A DNA stretch of 17,672 bases from Bdellovibrionales bacterium. Its GTDB lineage: Bacteria; Bdellovibrionota; Bdellovibrionia; Bdellovibrionales; JAMPXM01. Both the position numbers and the translations under genes were made by a program. This document shows, in pieces, positions 9,604 through 16,612 of this stretch. The notes beneath the pieces are model-generated. The model had not been told where the DNA came from, made no database searches, and saw only the letters and a program-made list of their open reading frames with translations. The DNA lies in NCBI GenBank assembly GCA_043739185.1, contig JAYUEN010000152.1:1-17672 (forward strand). Reading direction: 5' to 3'. Each line of letters opens with the position of its first letter. The stretch's first letter is position 1.

Positions 9604-9923
9604 TATTCCCCCTTGTAAAAGCACTCTTAAGAGTTGCTCTATTTTTTAAATTCGGTCTTTCCTTAGACTGAAGTCTTAGTTCTAACTTTATTAGTTCCAA
9701 AGTTAAAGAAAATATTGATCCATTAAAATAATTTCCTGCAGCTCGGCTATAGTAAAATTGTTTAGTTCTCCTATAAGGAATTCATTGGCAACTGTTCCGG
9801 AAAATGAACATCTCTTTGGAACAAATATTGGAGAATTTGCTTTTTTTAGGGGCATTTTTGGGCACATTTTAAAAGATTGATCTATGATCGACATATTGAT
9901 AGCCTTCATTTTCATCGTTTAGG

Positions 9924-9999
9924 CGTCCCTTAGCGCAGTTGGTAGCGCGTTCCCTTGACATGGGAGAGGTCACAAGTTCGAGTCTTGTAGGGACGACCA
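9924..9999 (+). tRNA. tRNA-Val (anticodon GAC), 76 nt, CCA encoded
   Basis: Cloverleaf: acceptor CGTCCCT/AGGGACG, D stem GCGC/GCGC, anticodon arm TTCCC-TTGACAT-GGGAG, T arm ACAAG-TTCGAGT-CTTGT, discriminator A, then CCA. Confidence 0.97.
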
Positions 10000-10029
10000 T
10001 TTTTAAACAAGCCCAGGTCAATTCAACTA

Positions 10030-10467
10030 TTAATAGCGTTTGCAATTCGGCTCACTCGGCAGTCTTGATGGAGTCATGCGATTTACTTGGATTTGTTCTG
10101 CCGAGCTCAGGGCTTCGAACTTGACCGAGTTTTTATTGAAATCACTCCATCCGCTGCCCCAATAACTTCCACCAAAAGCGATGACCGCAGCTAAATAGAC
10201 GCCTGCTTCCCAAGGTCTTGCATTTGTATTTATCAGGCAATTGTGCAAATGAGTATCGGCATTGTATTTGTCTTGAGGTGACCCTCCGGCCCAATAGGCT
10301 AAATCATGTTGTGCACAACACATAAACCACTCGTGAGGCTTTTCAAATGTTCCGTCTGGGGCATGGGTGCATCCATCGGAGCAAAATTTTTGCAGAATAT
10401 GATTCGGATAAGAAAAACTAGTCATTGGTAAAAGGCTAAGAATCACTGCCATAGTAAAATATTTCAT
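10030..10467 (-). CDS. Secreted phospholipase A2-like protein
   Basis: Signal peptide; DGC..PDG; CCAQHDLAY matches the sPLA2 CCxxHDxxY catalytic motif; downstream ADxxLxxC helix; AGGAG Shine-Dalgarno. Confidence 0.72.
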   Translation of the reverse strand: MKYFTMAVILSLLPMTSFSYPNHILQKFCSDGCTHAPDGTFEKPHEWFMCCAQHDLAYWAGGSPQDKYNADTHLHNCLINTNARPWEAGVYLAAVIAFGGSYWGSGWSDFNKNSVKFEALSSAEQIQVNRMTPSRLPSEPNCKRY

Positions 10468-10569
10468 TGTAAGCTCTCTCCTATTTAAGATTTGTAAATT
10501 GCATTTTCATAAATTGGATATGACACAGCTTTGCGTACACTTCTAAAAAAGAAGCCAAAGCAAAATATT

Positions 10570-10587
10570 AATTAACCTATGTTAATT
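10570..10587. promoter_or_regulatory. Palindromic operator candidate AATTAAC-N4-GTTAATT
   Basis: Perfect 7-bp arms with a 4-nt spacer (FNR/CprK-type geometry) between divergent PLA2-like and Crp/Fnr genes. Confidence 0.55.
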
Positions 10588-10627
10588 TTAGCTGCTTAAA
10601 TTGAAAAGAAAGGGGCTTGAACAAAGC

Positions 10628-11215
10628 ATGATTAGCTCAGAACATAGCGCTTCGTTAAAAAAGTACTTATCGACATTTATTGAGATCCCTTTTCAAGAAT
10701 GGGCTTATTTTTCGAGTGTCTTGAGAATGCGAAAAATTGCCAAAGATGAATTTTACTTTCGGCAAGGCGACGCCGTTGACGAAATTGGCTTTGTCATTGA
10801 AGGCTTGTTTTACAACTTCTACGCCAATAAAAAAGCTGAGGACTCGGTAAAATATTTTATTCCCGAGGGCAATGCTATTGCGTGCTTATCAAGTCTCATT
10901 TTAAATTTACCGGCAAGTTTTTCAGGTCAAGCCCTAGAAGACTCGACTCTCTTGACCATTAAATTCAGTGATCTTCAGAAAGTTTTTTTGCGTCACTCCT
11001 GTTGGGAGAGAATGGGGCGTTTGAGTGCTGAAAAACTTTATATTGAAAAAGAGATAAGAGAAGAACGTTTTTTACGAACAGACGCACGCAAAAGATACGA
11101 ATATTTTGTGAAAGAGCACCCCAATTTGGTCAATCGAGTGCCGCAATATTTGATTGCTTCTTACCTAGGTATGACTCCCGTTTCACTGAGCCGCATTCGC
11201 AAAACGCGCAAATAA
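10628..11215 (+). CDS. Crp/Fnr-family transcriptional regulator
   Basis: cNMP-binding-type N-domain (FRQGD, GFVIEG, QALEDS) and C-terminal HTH (PQYLIASYLGMTPVSLSRIRK); ATG 10628 preferred over TTG 10601. Confidence 0.92.
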   Translation: MISSEHSASLKKYLSTFIEIPFQEWAYFSSVLRMRKIAKDEFYFRQGDAVDEIGFVIEGLFYNFYANKKAEDSVKYFIPEGNAIACLSSLILNLPASFSGQALEDSTLLTIKFSDLQKVFLRHSCWERMGRLSAEKLYIEKEIREERFLRTDARKRYEYFVKEHPNLVNRVPQYLIASYLGMTPVSLSRIRKTRK

Positions 11216-11226
11216 ATTCGGACTTC

Positions 11227-11257
11227 TTGACCTTAAGGCCTAAAAAATGCCTAAAAT
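11227..11257 (+). promoter_or_regulatory. Possible sigma70 promoter for the desaturase gene
   Basis: TTGACC (11227-11232) and TAAAAT (11252-11257); 19-nt spacer is longer than optimal. Confidence 0.35.
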
Positions 11258-11263
11258 GCTGAT

Positions 11264-12205
11264 ATGAAGATTTTAGATCCTGGATCTGTTTTCTTTCTGC
11301 CCTATATCATAAGCTCTTTTTTAATTAGCCTTATATGGTTGAGGCTTTCAAAAAATACTCCATTCAAGTTGGCTTTTAGTTATTTTTTTTCACCCAGCAT
11401 TTGGTTTAAAAAAACAACTTTTGTAGACTTGCAGTTTTGTATTCTCCATTCGTTCCTAATAAGACTTTTCATCTCACCAATTGAACTTGGCATTTTTTAC
11501 GCAACTTTAAGACAGATGTATTGGCTTGCAAGCTTGGCTCCTCTCAAGCTTGCACTCATAGCGCCGGTATTTGTCGAAGGAATTTTAGCAACTCTTGTCA
11601 GCATGATAGCAATCGATTTTGCTTCCTATTTAGTTCACAGATGTATGCATTCGAATCCCCTCCTATGGGAAATTCATAGAGTTCATCACTCTGCCAAAAG
11701 CCTCACACTGTTAAGTATTCATCGTCAGCATCCTATTGAACCCTTACTTCTCAATAGCGCACGCAGCTTTGCCGCGGCTTTGGGCTTAGGAATGCTTCAT
11801 TGGATTTTTCCCAGACAAACCCCAGTCATCGAGTTTGCAGGTATGGGGCTGGGATTCTTTTTGTATATGTTTAGTGCGAATTTGCATCACTCTCAAACTC
11901 CAGTAAGCTATGCCAGGTGGATGCGGATCTTCTTGATAAGCCCACATCAGCATTTGTTGCATCACAGCCGCGATGTGAATCATCATGGGCGAAATTTTGG
12001 AATTATTTTTTCAACCTGGGATCGTCTCTTTAAGACTTATTTGGATAAGGAATTGGCTCTAAACGAATTACATTTTGGACTTGAAGAGTCTGATGCAAAT
12101 TATCAGACTCTCTGGTCAGGCATTTATTTTCCTATAAAAAAGATCGCATTGCGTTTGACTGACTCACCAGCCATCGCTCTTGCCAGAACTCTGTTTTTCT
12201 TCTGA
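11264..12205 (+). CDS. Sterol desaturase / fatty acid hydroxylase family membrane protein
   Basis: Di-metal His boxes HRCMH, HRVHH and HLLHH; NLHH; NFG..WDRLF; several transmembrane segments. Confidence 0.9.
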   Translation: MKILDPGSVFFLPYIISSFLISLIWLRLSKNTPFKLAFSYFFSPSIWFKKTTFVDLQFCILHSFLIRLFISPIELGIFYATLRQMYWLASLAPLKLALIAPVFVEGILATLVSMIAIDFASYLVHRCMHSNPLLWEIHRVHHSAKSLTLLSIHRQHPIEPLLLNSARSFAAALGLGMLHWIFPRQTPVIEFAGMGLGFFLYMFSANLHHSQTPVSYARWMRIFLISPHQHLLHHSRDVNHHGRNFGIIFSTWDRLFKTYLDKELALNELHFGLEESDANYQTLWSGIYFPIKKIALRLTDSPAIALARTLFFF

Positions 12206-12406
12206 TTTGACTTTGGCTTCGGTCCACTTGCCACCTTTGAGTTCACAGGCGTGCTTTTTTTCTTCAGCAGTTTTTCCTTCAACACCTATTGTCTTAGCGT
12301 CCTTCATACAGCTCCAAGCAGCCTTAGCCTCTTCTGCTCGAGCATTTGGTATTGCGATCATAATTAAAGTGAGAATAAAAAGACTAGCTAACATAAATTG
12401 TTTCAT
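12164..12406 (-). CDS. Small secreted hypothetical protein (80 aa, two Cys)
   Basis: AAGGAG Shine-Dalgarno before ATG 12406; signal peptide ending ARA; Lys/Glu-rich mature part with WSC...CELKGGKW; own promoter upstream. Confidence 0.75.
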   Translation of the reverse strand: MKQFMLASLFILTLIMIAIPNARAEEAKAAWSCMKDAKTIGVEGKTAEEKKHACELKGGKWTEAKVKSEEKQSSGKSDGW

Positions 12407-12438
12407 TTGGGCTCCTTGGTAATTGAATTCGCTTAAAA

Positions 12439-12466
12439 AGACTAGCAAAATCCTAATTTAAGTCAA
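12439..12466 (-). promoter_or_regulatory. Sigma70-type promoter for the small secreted protein
   Basis: TTGACT (12466-12461), 16-nt spacer ending TGC (extended -10), TAGTCT (12444-12439). Confidence 0.55.
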
Positions 12467-12513
12467 TTCAAGTATAGGCCGGCTCCTGGTCATTTCGATT
12501 GGTAAAATGTTGA

Positions 12514-12650
12514 AAACTTCAGCGTCGGGCATACCGGATTCGGTAAACGGCAACACTGAAACCCGAGACCGAAACAGTTAGACTGTTTGCGGCCGCGGCT
12601 GCCTTTCTACTGTGTGATTTCGACATTGAGTTGCGGGCGATCGAAGATCT
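12514..12650. ncRNA. Candidate structured non-coding RNA, rod-like; strand and family unresolved
   Basis: 73 of 140 bases G+C in 12511-12650 by hand count, against AT-rich intergenic DNA elsewhere; nested inverted repeats centred at 12580. Confidence 0.4.
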
Positions 12651-12666
12651 ATCCGAATTTAGGGCA

Positions 12667-14361
12667 TTAAGGTTTAAACTGAAACTCTGAAGATTTCTTC
12701 CATTTAGGAAAGTCTTTGGTTTTAGATAATTCATTGCCCGTCAAAAATAAAATTTGTGCATCTTCAACAGCTCCCGAAAAATCCCAATCGGGCCTGACGA
12801 TATCACTTACTTTGTGATAGTTATGAGCTACAAAATCGTCTACTTTCTCGCGCGCGTAGCTTTCAGGTTTTCCGATAAAATGACTGCCTCCCGTAGAATA
12901 CAAAACCGGAACCCCAACTTTGGCAAACTCAAACTGATCGCCGCGGTAAAAGCTTCCGTGCTCTGGTCTGGCCTCGCCTGTAACCTTGCGCTTTTGCGAG
13001 GCCGTAAGTTTTATCACCAAATCATCGATCGTAGATTTTCCGATTCCGGTGATTTCAAAGTCATTCGTGCGGCCCCAGAGATTCATCACATCTATATTGA
13101 TGTCTGCCAAAGTATTTTTTAAAGGATAAATGGGATTTCGCGCATAATATCTTGCCCCTAACAGACCTCGTTCTTCGGCAGTCGTAGCCAAAAACAAAAT
13201 ACTTCGCTTTGGAGGATGGGGTAAGTTTTTAAATGCTTTAGCGACTGCAATTAAAGTTGCAACTCCTGAGGCATTGTCCGTAGCACCGTGAAATATTTGA
13301 TTGGTTTTTGGCCCAGGCAATTTTTCATTTAAGCCAAAGTGATCCCAATGGGCCGAATAAATGATATATTGATTTTTCAATTTAGAATCTGAGCCTTCAA
13401 TCATGCCAACCACATTGGCCGAATCCACTTCCTTTGATGTATTTTTTATTTGGAAATGAGCGCTTGCATTGAGATTAATTGGTTTAAAATCTCTAGATAG
13501 GGCGGCCTTTTTTAAGGAATCAAAATCAAGTCCGCAAGCTTTAAACAATTCTTTGGCCCGATCATTTTGTATCCAACTGGCGACACTAGGAAAATCCGTA
13601 CTGGGAAACTTTGATCGAATGCCAAAATTTTCGCGACCCCAACTATTGATGACCACCTCATATGGGTAGGCGGCGGGTTTGGTTTCGTGAATTATGATCG
13701 CTGCAGCCGCTCCCATTTTGATTGCCATTTCATATTTATAAGTCCAGCGCCCGTAGTAGGTCATTGCTTCACCTTTAAACATATTGGGATCAAGTTTGTC
13801 AGGATTTCTAGGGTCTGGAATCGCGGGATCATTCACTAGCATTAAAATGGTTTTTCCTTTGAGGTCAGCCCCTTTGTAATCGTCCCATTGATATTCAGGG
13901 GCCACTACGCCGTAACCGACAAATACCAATTCGGATTTTTTAATTTCAAAGTCGGGATCAGTTTGGGGACTGAAGGCCACAAAATCTTCGGGAAACTTAA
14001 GCGACCACTGCTTTTCGCCACTTTGTATTTGCAAACTTGGTTGAGTGGTAATCCCTACGAGGGGAACTTTTTGTATATAGGTACCATCGGTATTCCCCGG
14101 TGAAAGGCCGATTTTTTTGAATTCTTGGATCAAATACTGCACCGACATACTTTCACCCTTGGTGCCAGGCGAGCGGCCTTCAAACTCATCTGAAGCGAGA
14201 GTTTTAATATGCTCTAAAATATCACTTCCGGAAATGGATTGTGCTGCATGAGAATCTGGGTTTTGGTGAGAATTTTTTGCGCTTGCAACCGAGGCCACAA
14301 CTATTGAGCTAAAGCTCAAGAAAACAAAAATATAAGAATGAAAAAAAGTAGCCTTTTTCAA
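12667..14361 (-). CDS. M28-family aminopeptidase with PA domain, exported
   Basis: GAGGAG then TTG start; signal peptide; LASDEFEGR; FVGYG PA insert; zinc motifs SAHWDH, GATDNASG, TAEERGLLG, NID and YHKVSD. Confidence 0.92.
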   Translation of the reverse strand: MKKATFFHSYIFVFLSFSSIVVASVASAKNSHQNPDSHAAQSISGSDILEHIKTLASDEFEGRSPGTKGESMSVQYLIQEFKKIGLSPGNTDGTYIQKVPLVGITTQPSLQIQSGEKQWSLKFPEDFVAFSPQTDPDFEIKKSELVFVGYGVVAPEYQWDDYKGADLKGKTILMLVNDPAIPDPRNPDKLDPNMFKGEAMTYYGRWTYKYEMAIKMGAAAAIIIHETKPAAYPYEVVINSWGRENFGIRSKFPSTDFPSVASWIQNDRAKELFKACGLDFDSLKKAALSRDFKPINLNASAHFQIKNTSKEVDSANVVGMIEGSDSKLKNQYIIYSAHWDHFGLNEKLPGPKTNQIFHGATDNASGVATLIAVAKAFKNLPHPPKRSILFLATTAEERGLLGARYYARNPIYPLKNTLADINIDVMNLWGRTNDFEITGIGKSTIDDLVIKLTASQKRKVTGEARPEHGSFYRGDQFEFAKVGVPVLYSTGGSHFIGKPESYAREKVDDFVAHNYHKVSDIVRPDWDFSGAVEDAQILFLTGNELSKTKDFPKWKKSSEFQFKP

Positions 14362-14400
14362 AGTTGACTCCTCTGAAGTCTGAGAGCGTGTTTAAGAAAA

Positions 14401-15591
14401 TTATTTACGTTTGAATATAAGAAAAGTTTGGTCGTCTGGCAAGGGAGCGGCGCCCTGAAACTCGGTCAAAGTAGTATTGAGCTTGGCCTTCATTCCCTCA
14501 ATATCTAAATTCGCTTTTTCAGATTCTAAAAGTGCTTTAAAGAGTCTTCTGTCTCCAAAGGCTATTTCTCGAGTATTTGCAATTTCGGTGACTCCGTCAG
14601 TATAAACAAAAAGTGTATCCCCCGAATTGATCTTAAACTTACCAGACTCAAAACTAGGATCCGGAACCATTCCCAAAAGTGTAGATGCAGTTAACGGAAC
14701 AAATTTAATGTCAGTTGGCCCTGGGGCTTCATTGGTTTTAATTATATGAATAGGCGCCGGATGTCCCGCATTGGCATATTCGCAATCACCGGTTTCTAAA
14801 TCAATTGACGCGATAAAAAAGGACATGAGCTTTTTACCTTGAGAAACGGCTGATACCGCCCAATTGAGATGATTAAGAGCCTTTAGAGGTGAAATGAAAG
14901 GGTCCCGCTCAATCAATGAAACGCTCGCTCTTGCCGCTGCGGTAACAAGGGCTGCGGCAACACCGTGACCTGTGACGTCGCCGATCCAGACAAACATTTT
15001 ATTGCCAACTTGATTGTAATACCACCAGTCGCCTCCGCATTCTGAGGCGGAAGTATAAGATGCAGCAATCGAACATTCTTTGTTGCTAAAAGATGGGTCG
15101 ATAAAAAGTGACTCTTGCACTTCTTTTGCAGTATTCAATTCGCCTTGCATGCGGCCAAATTCGACTGCAGTTAATTTGACTTGAGTTACTTCCTGACCAA
15201 GAAGAGTCAATATAAAAGTACTCGCATTTCTGTTGATCAAACTTGCGCGCAAATTAAATAAGTAGGATCTTTTTGCCTGATTTTCCCGATTGATATCCAT
15301 TTCAAATTCTATTCCACCAGAAGAATTCATCAGGCAGTCGTTTATTTTTGATTGAAAGTCTTCCCACTGAGGAGGGAGCATCAACTCACTGAGGTCATGC
15401 ATATGCAATGTTTCAAAATCGACACTGAGTTCATTTGCCAGCTGTATATTTCCACGATGAATTTCACCGTTTGGACTAAAGACGACATATATTCCTGGAA
15501 TATGATCTAAGATTTGATCGCCATGAGCTTTGGCTACTTCAAATATTTTTAATATCTGATGGGTGGCCTGTAAGTCTTGATTATTATCCAC
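14401..15591 (-). CDS. PAS-domain SpoIIE/RsbU-family PP2C phosphatase
   Basis: N-terminal PAS-like region (ILDHIPGIYVVFSPNGEI..N), linker ELNTAKEVQESL, PP2C motifs GGDWW, GDVTGHG, NAGHP, YTDGVTE and DDQT. Confidence 0.92.
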   Translation of the reverse strand: MDNNQDLQATHQILKIFEVAKAHGDQILDHIPGIYVVFSPNGEIHRGNIQLANELSVDFETLHMHDLSELMLPPQWEDFQSKINDCLMNSSGGIEFEMDINRENQAKRSYLFNLRASLINRNASTFILTLLGQEVTQVKLTAVEFGRMQGELNTAKEVQESLFIDPSFSNKECSIAASYTSASECGGDWWYYNQVGNKMFVWIGDVTGHGVAAALVTAAARASVSLIERDPFISPLKALNHLNWAVSAVSQGKKLMSFFIASIDLETGDCEYANAGHPAPIHIIKTNEAPGPTDIKFVPLTASTLLGMVPDPSFESGKFKINSGDTLFVYTDGVTEIANTREIAFGDRRLFKALLESEKANLDIEGMKAKLNTTLTEFQGAAPLPDDQTFLIFKRK

Positions 15592-15616
15592 AGCGAAATT
15601 CTTTCTTCAATAGGTC

Positions 15617-15994
15617 TCAGTTCGGCTTTGCTTGGGTCACTTTTTCAATGGCCATTATCAATTTGTCAGCTTGATAGGGTTTTGTTATCCAAGCGCGAAC
15701 ACCGGCTTTTTTACCCCGCTCTTTGGAGTCGGCAGTTGATTCAGTGGTCAGCATAAAAATACTTAAATTTGGCGGCTTACCAGCTTCAGTTAACTTTTCA
15801 CACATCGTAAGGCCATCCATGATGGGCATATTCACGTCGCAAATCGCGACATTGATTGATTTATTGTCTTTTAATATTTGTAATCCCTCAGCGCCATTTG
15901 CAGCTTCTAGAACTTGGTATCCCTTTCCGGAGAGATCCTTTTTTAGCTGAATTCGCATGGTGTCGGAATCATCGATGATTAAGATAGTTAACAT
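15617..15994 (-). CDS. Single-domain CheY-like response regulator
   Basis: IIDDS acidic pair, phosphoacceptor CDVNMP, MLTT, KP; no output domain; ATG 15994 follows GAGGGA, so preferred over 16006. Confidence 0.93.
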   Translation of the reverse strand: MLTILIIDDSDTMRIQLKKDLSGKGYQVLEAANGAEGLQILKDNKSINVAICDVNMPIMDGLTMCEKLTEAGKPPNLSIFMLTTESTADSKERGKKAGVRAWITKPYQADKLIMAIEKVTQAKPN

Positions 15995-16014
15995 TACTTC
16001 CCTCATTCTTTACT

Positions 16015-16578
16015 TTATAAGAATTGAACATCTCCATTGTCTGTCGGGCTGCCCTTAATATCAAATTGAAATTCTTTAAATATCTCAATATTTGTCGAGC
16101 ATGAAATCTGAATCCCATCGGCCTCAATCTTCCAACTATCGTTATGGACCGAAGTCGAGGCTTCTGCATTCGAAAATATGCGATCGAAACCTCTCGAAAG
16201 AAAGGGCAAGCTCACGCCAACTCGTATATGGTTTTGATCTAATACCGTTTTCAAATGTCCTGCGACCAGATTGCAAAACTCTTTAGAGAGGTCATGAATT
16301 TCGAGCAGGCTGATTTCTTCCCACTTTTTATCGAATACTTTGACCGACCACTTCTTCAAATTTTGTGAACCGAAATAGACACTAAAAATGGCACGAAGTT
16401 GAGGGCCAGAGATGAGCGCTTGCGCCATCCAATGATCTTGAACTTTTCGATCTTGAGCATTGTTGAGCAACTGAAATTCAGCTCGTTGACAAATAGACTC
16501 GATTCGCGCAAGCGAGGTCTCGCGTGCAACTTGGTTCAGCCGAACAATAGCTTCAAGTTTGCTTTTCTTAGAATCCAT
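16015..16578 (-). CDS. cheX: CheX/CheC-like aspartyl-phosphate phosphatase
   Basis: DLSKEFCN...SLP fits the D-x3-E-x2-N-x21/22-P CheC/CheX signature; adjacent to a CheY-like gene. Confidence 0.7.
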   Translation of the reverse strand: MDSKKSKLEAIVRLNQVARETSLARIESICQRAEFQLLNNAQDRKVQDHWMAQALISGPQLRAIFSVYFGSQNLKKWSVKVFDKKWEEISLLEIHDLSKEFCNLVAGHLKTVLDQNHIRVGVSLPFLSRGFDRIFSNAEASTSVHNDSWKIEADGIQISCSTNIEIFKEFQFDIKGSPTDNGDVQFL

Positions 16579-16612
16579 TCATATTCCCTAAGCTAAATTC
16601 TAAAGCTCGAAT

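Noticed and set aside
9640..9780. Sigma28 (FliA) promoter for the outer-membrane protein gene
   Set aside because: TAAA...GCCGAG and TAAG...ACCGAA candidates have 13- and 18-nt spacers rather than about 15.
9703..10124. ORFs 9703-9915 (-) and 9939-10124 (+)
   Set aside because: The first is featureless and occupies a divergent promoter region; the second overlaps the tRNA and the PLA2-like gene.
12476..12660. Cobalamin riboswitch, c-di-GMP-I riboswitch or RNase P identity for the GC-rich spacer
   Set aside because: Fragments resemble each (CCCGCAAC and CCAGGAG; GGCA, GCAAA, GTCTAA, GTTGCCG; CCGGCCTAT) but invariant elements are missing: no GGGAA/GCCACTG, no GNRA P2 loop, no GAGGAAAGTC. The downstream gene also has its own promoter after the element.
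12519..12734. 71-aa minus-strand ORF across the GC-rich spacer
   Set aside because: Overlaps the M28 gene end out of frame, lacks a Shine-Dalgarno or motif, and the region is better explained by RNA structure.
552..16596. Remaining short ORFs nested in or antisense to the called genes
   Set aside because: Shadow frames of well-supported genes with no recognisable motifs.
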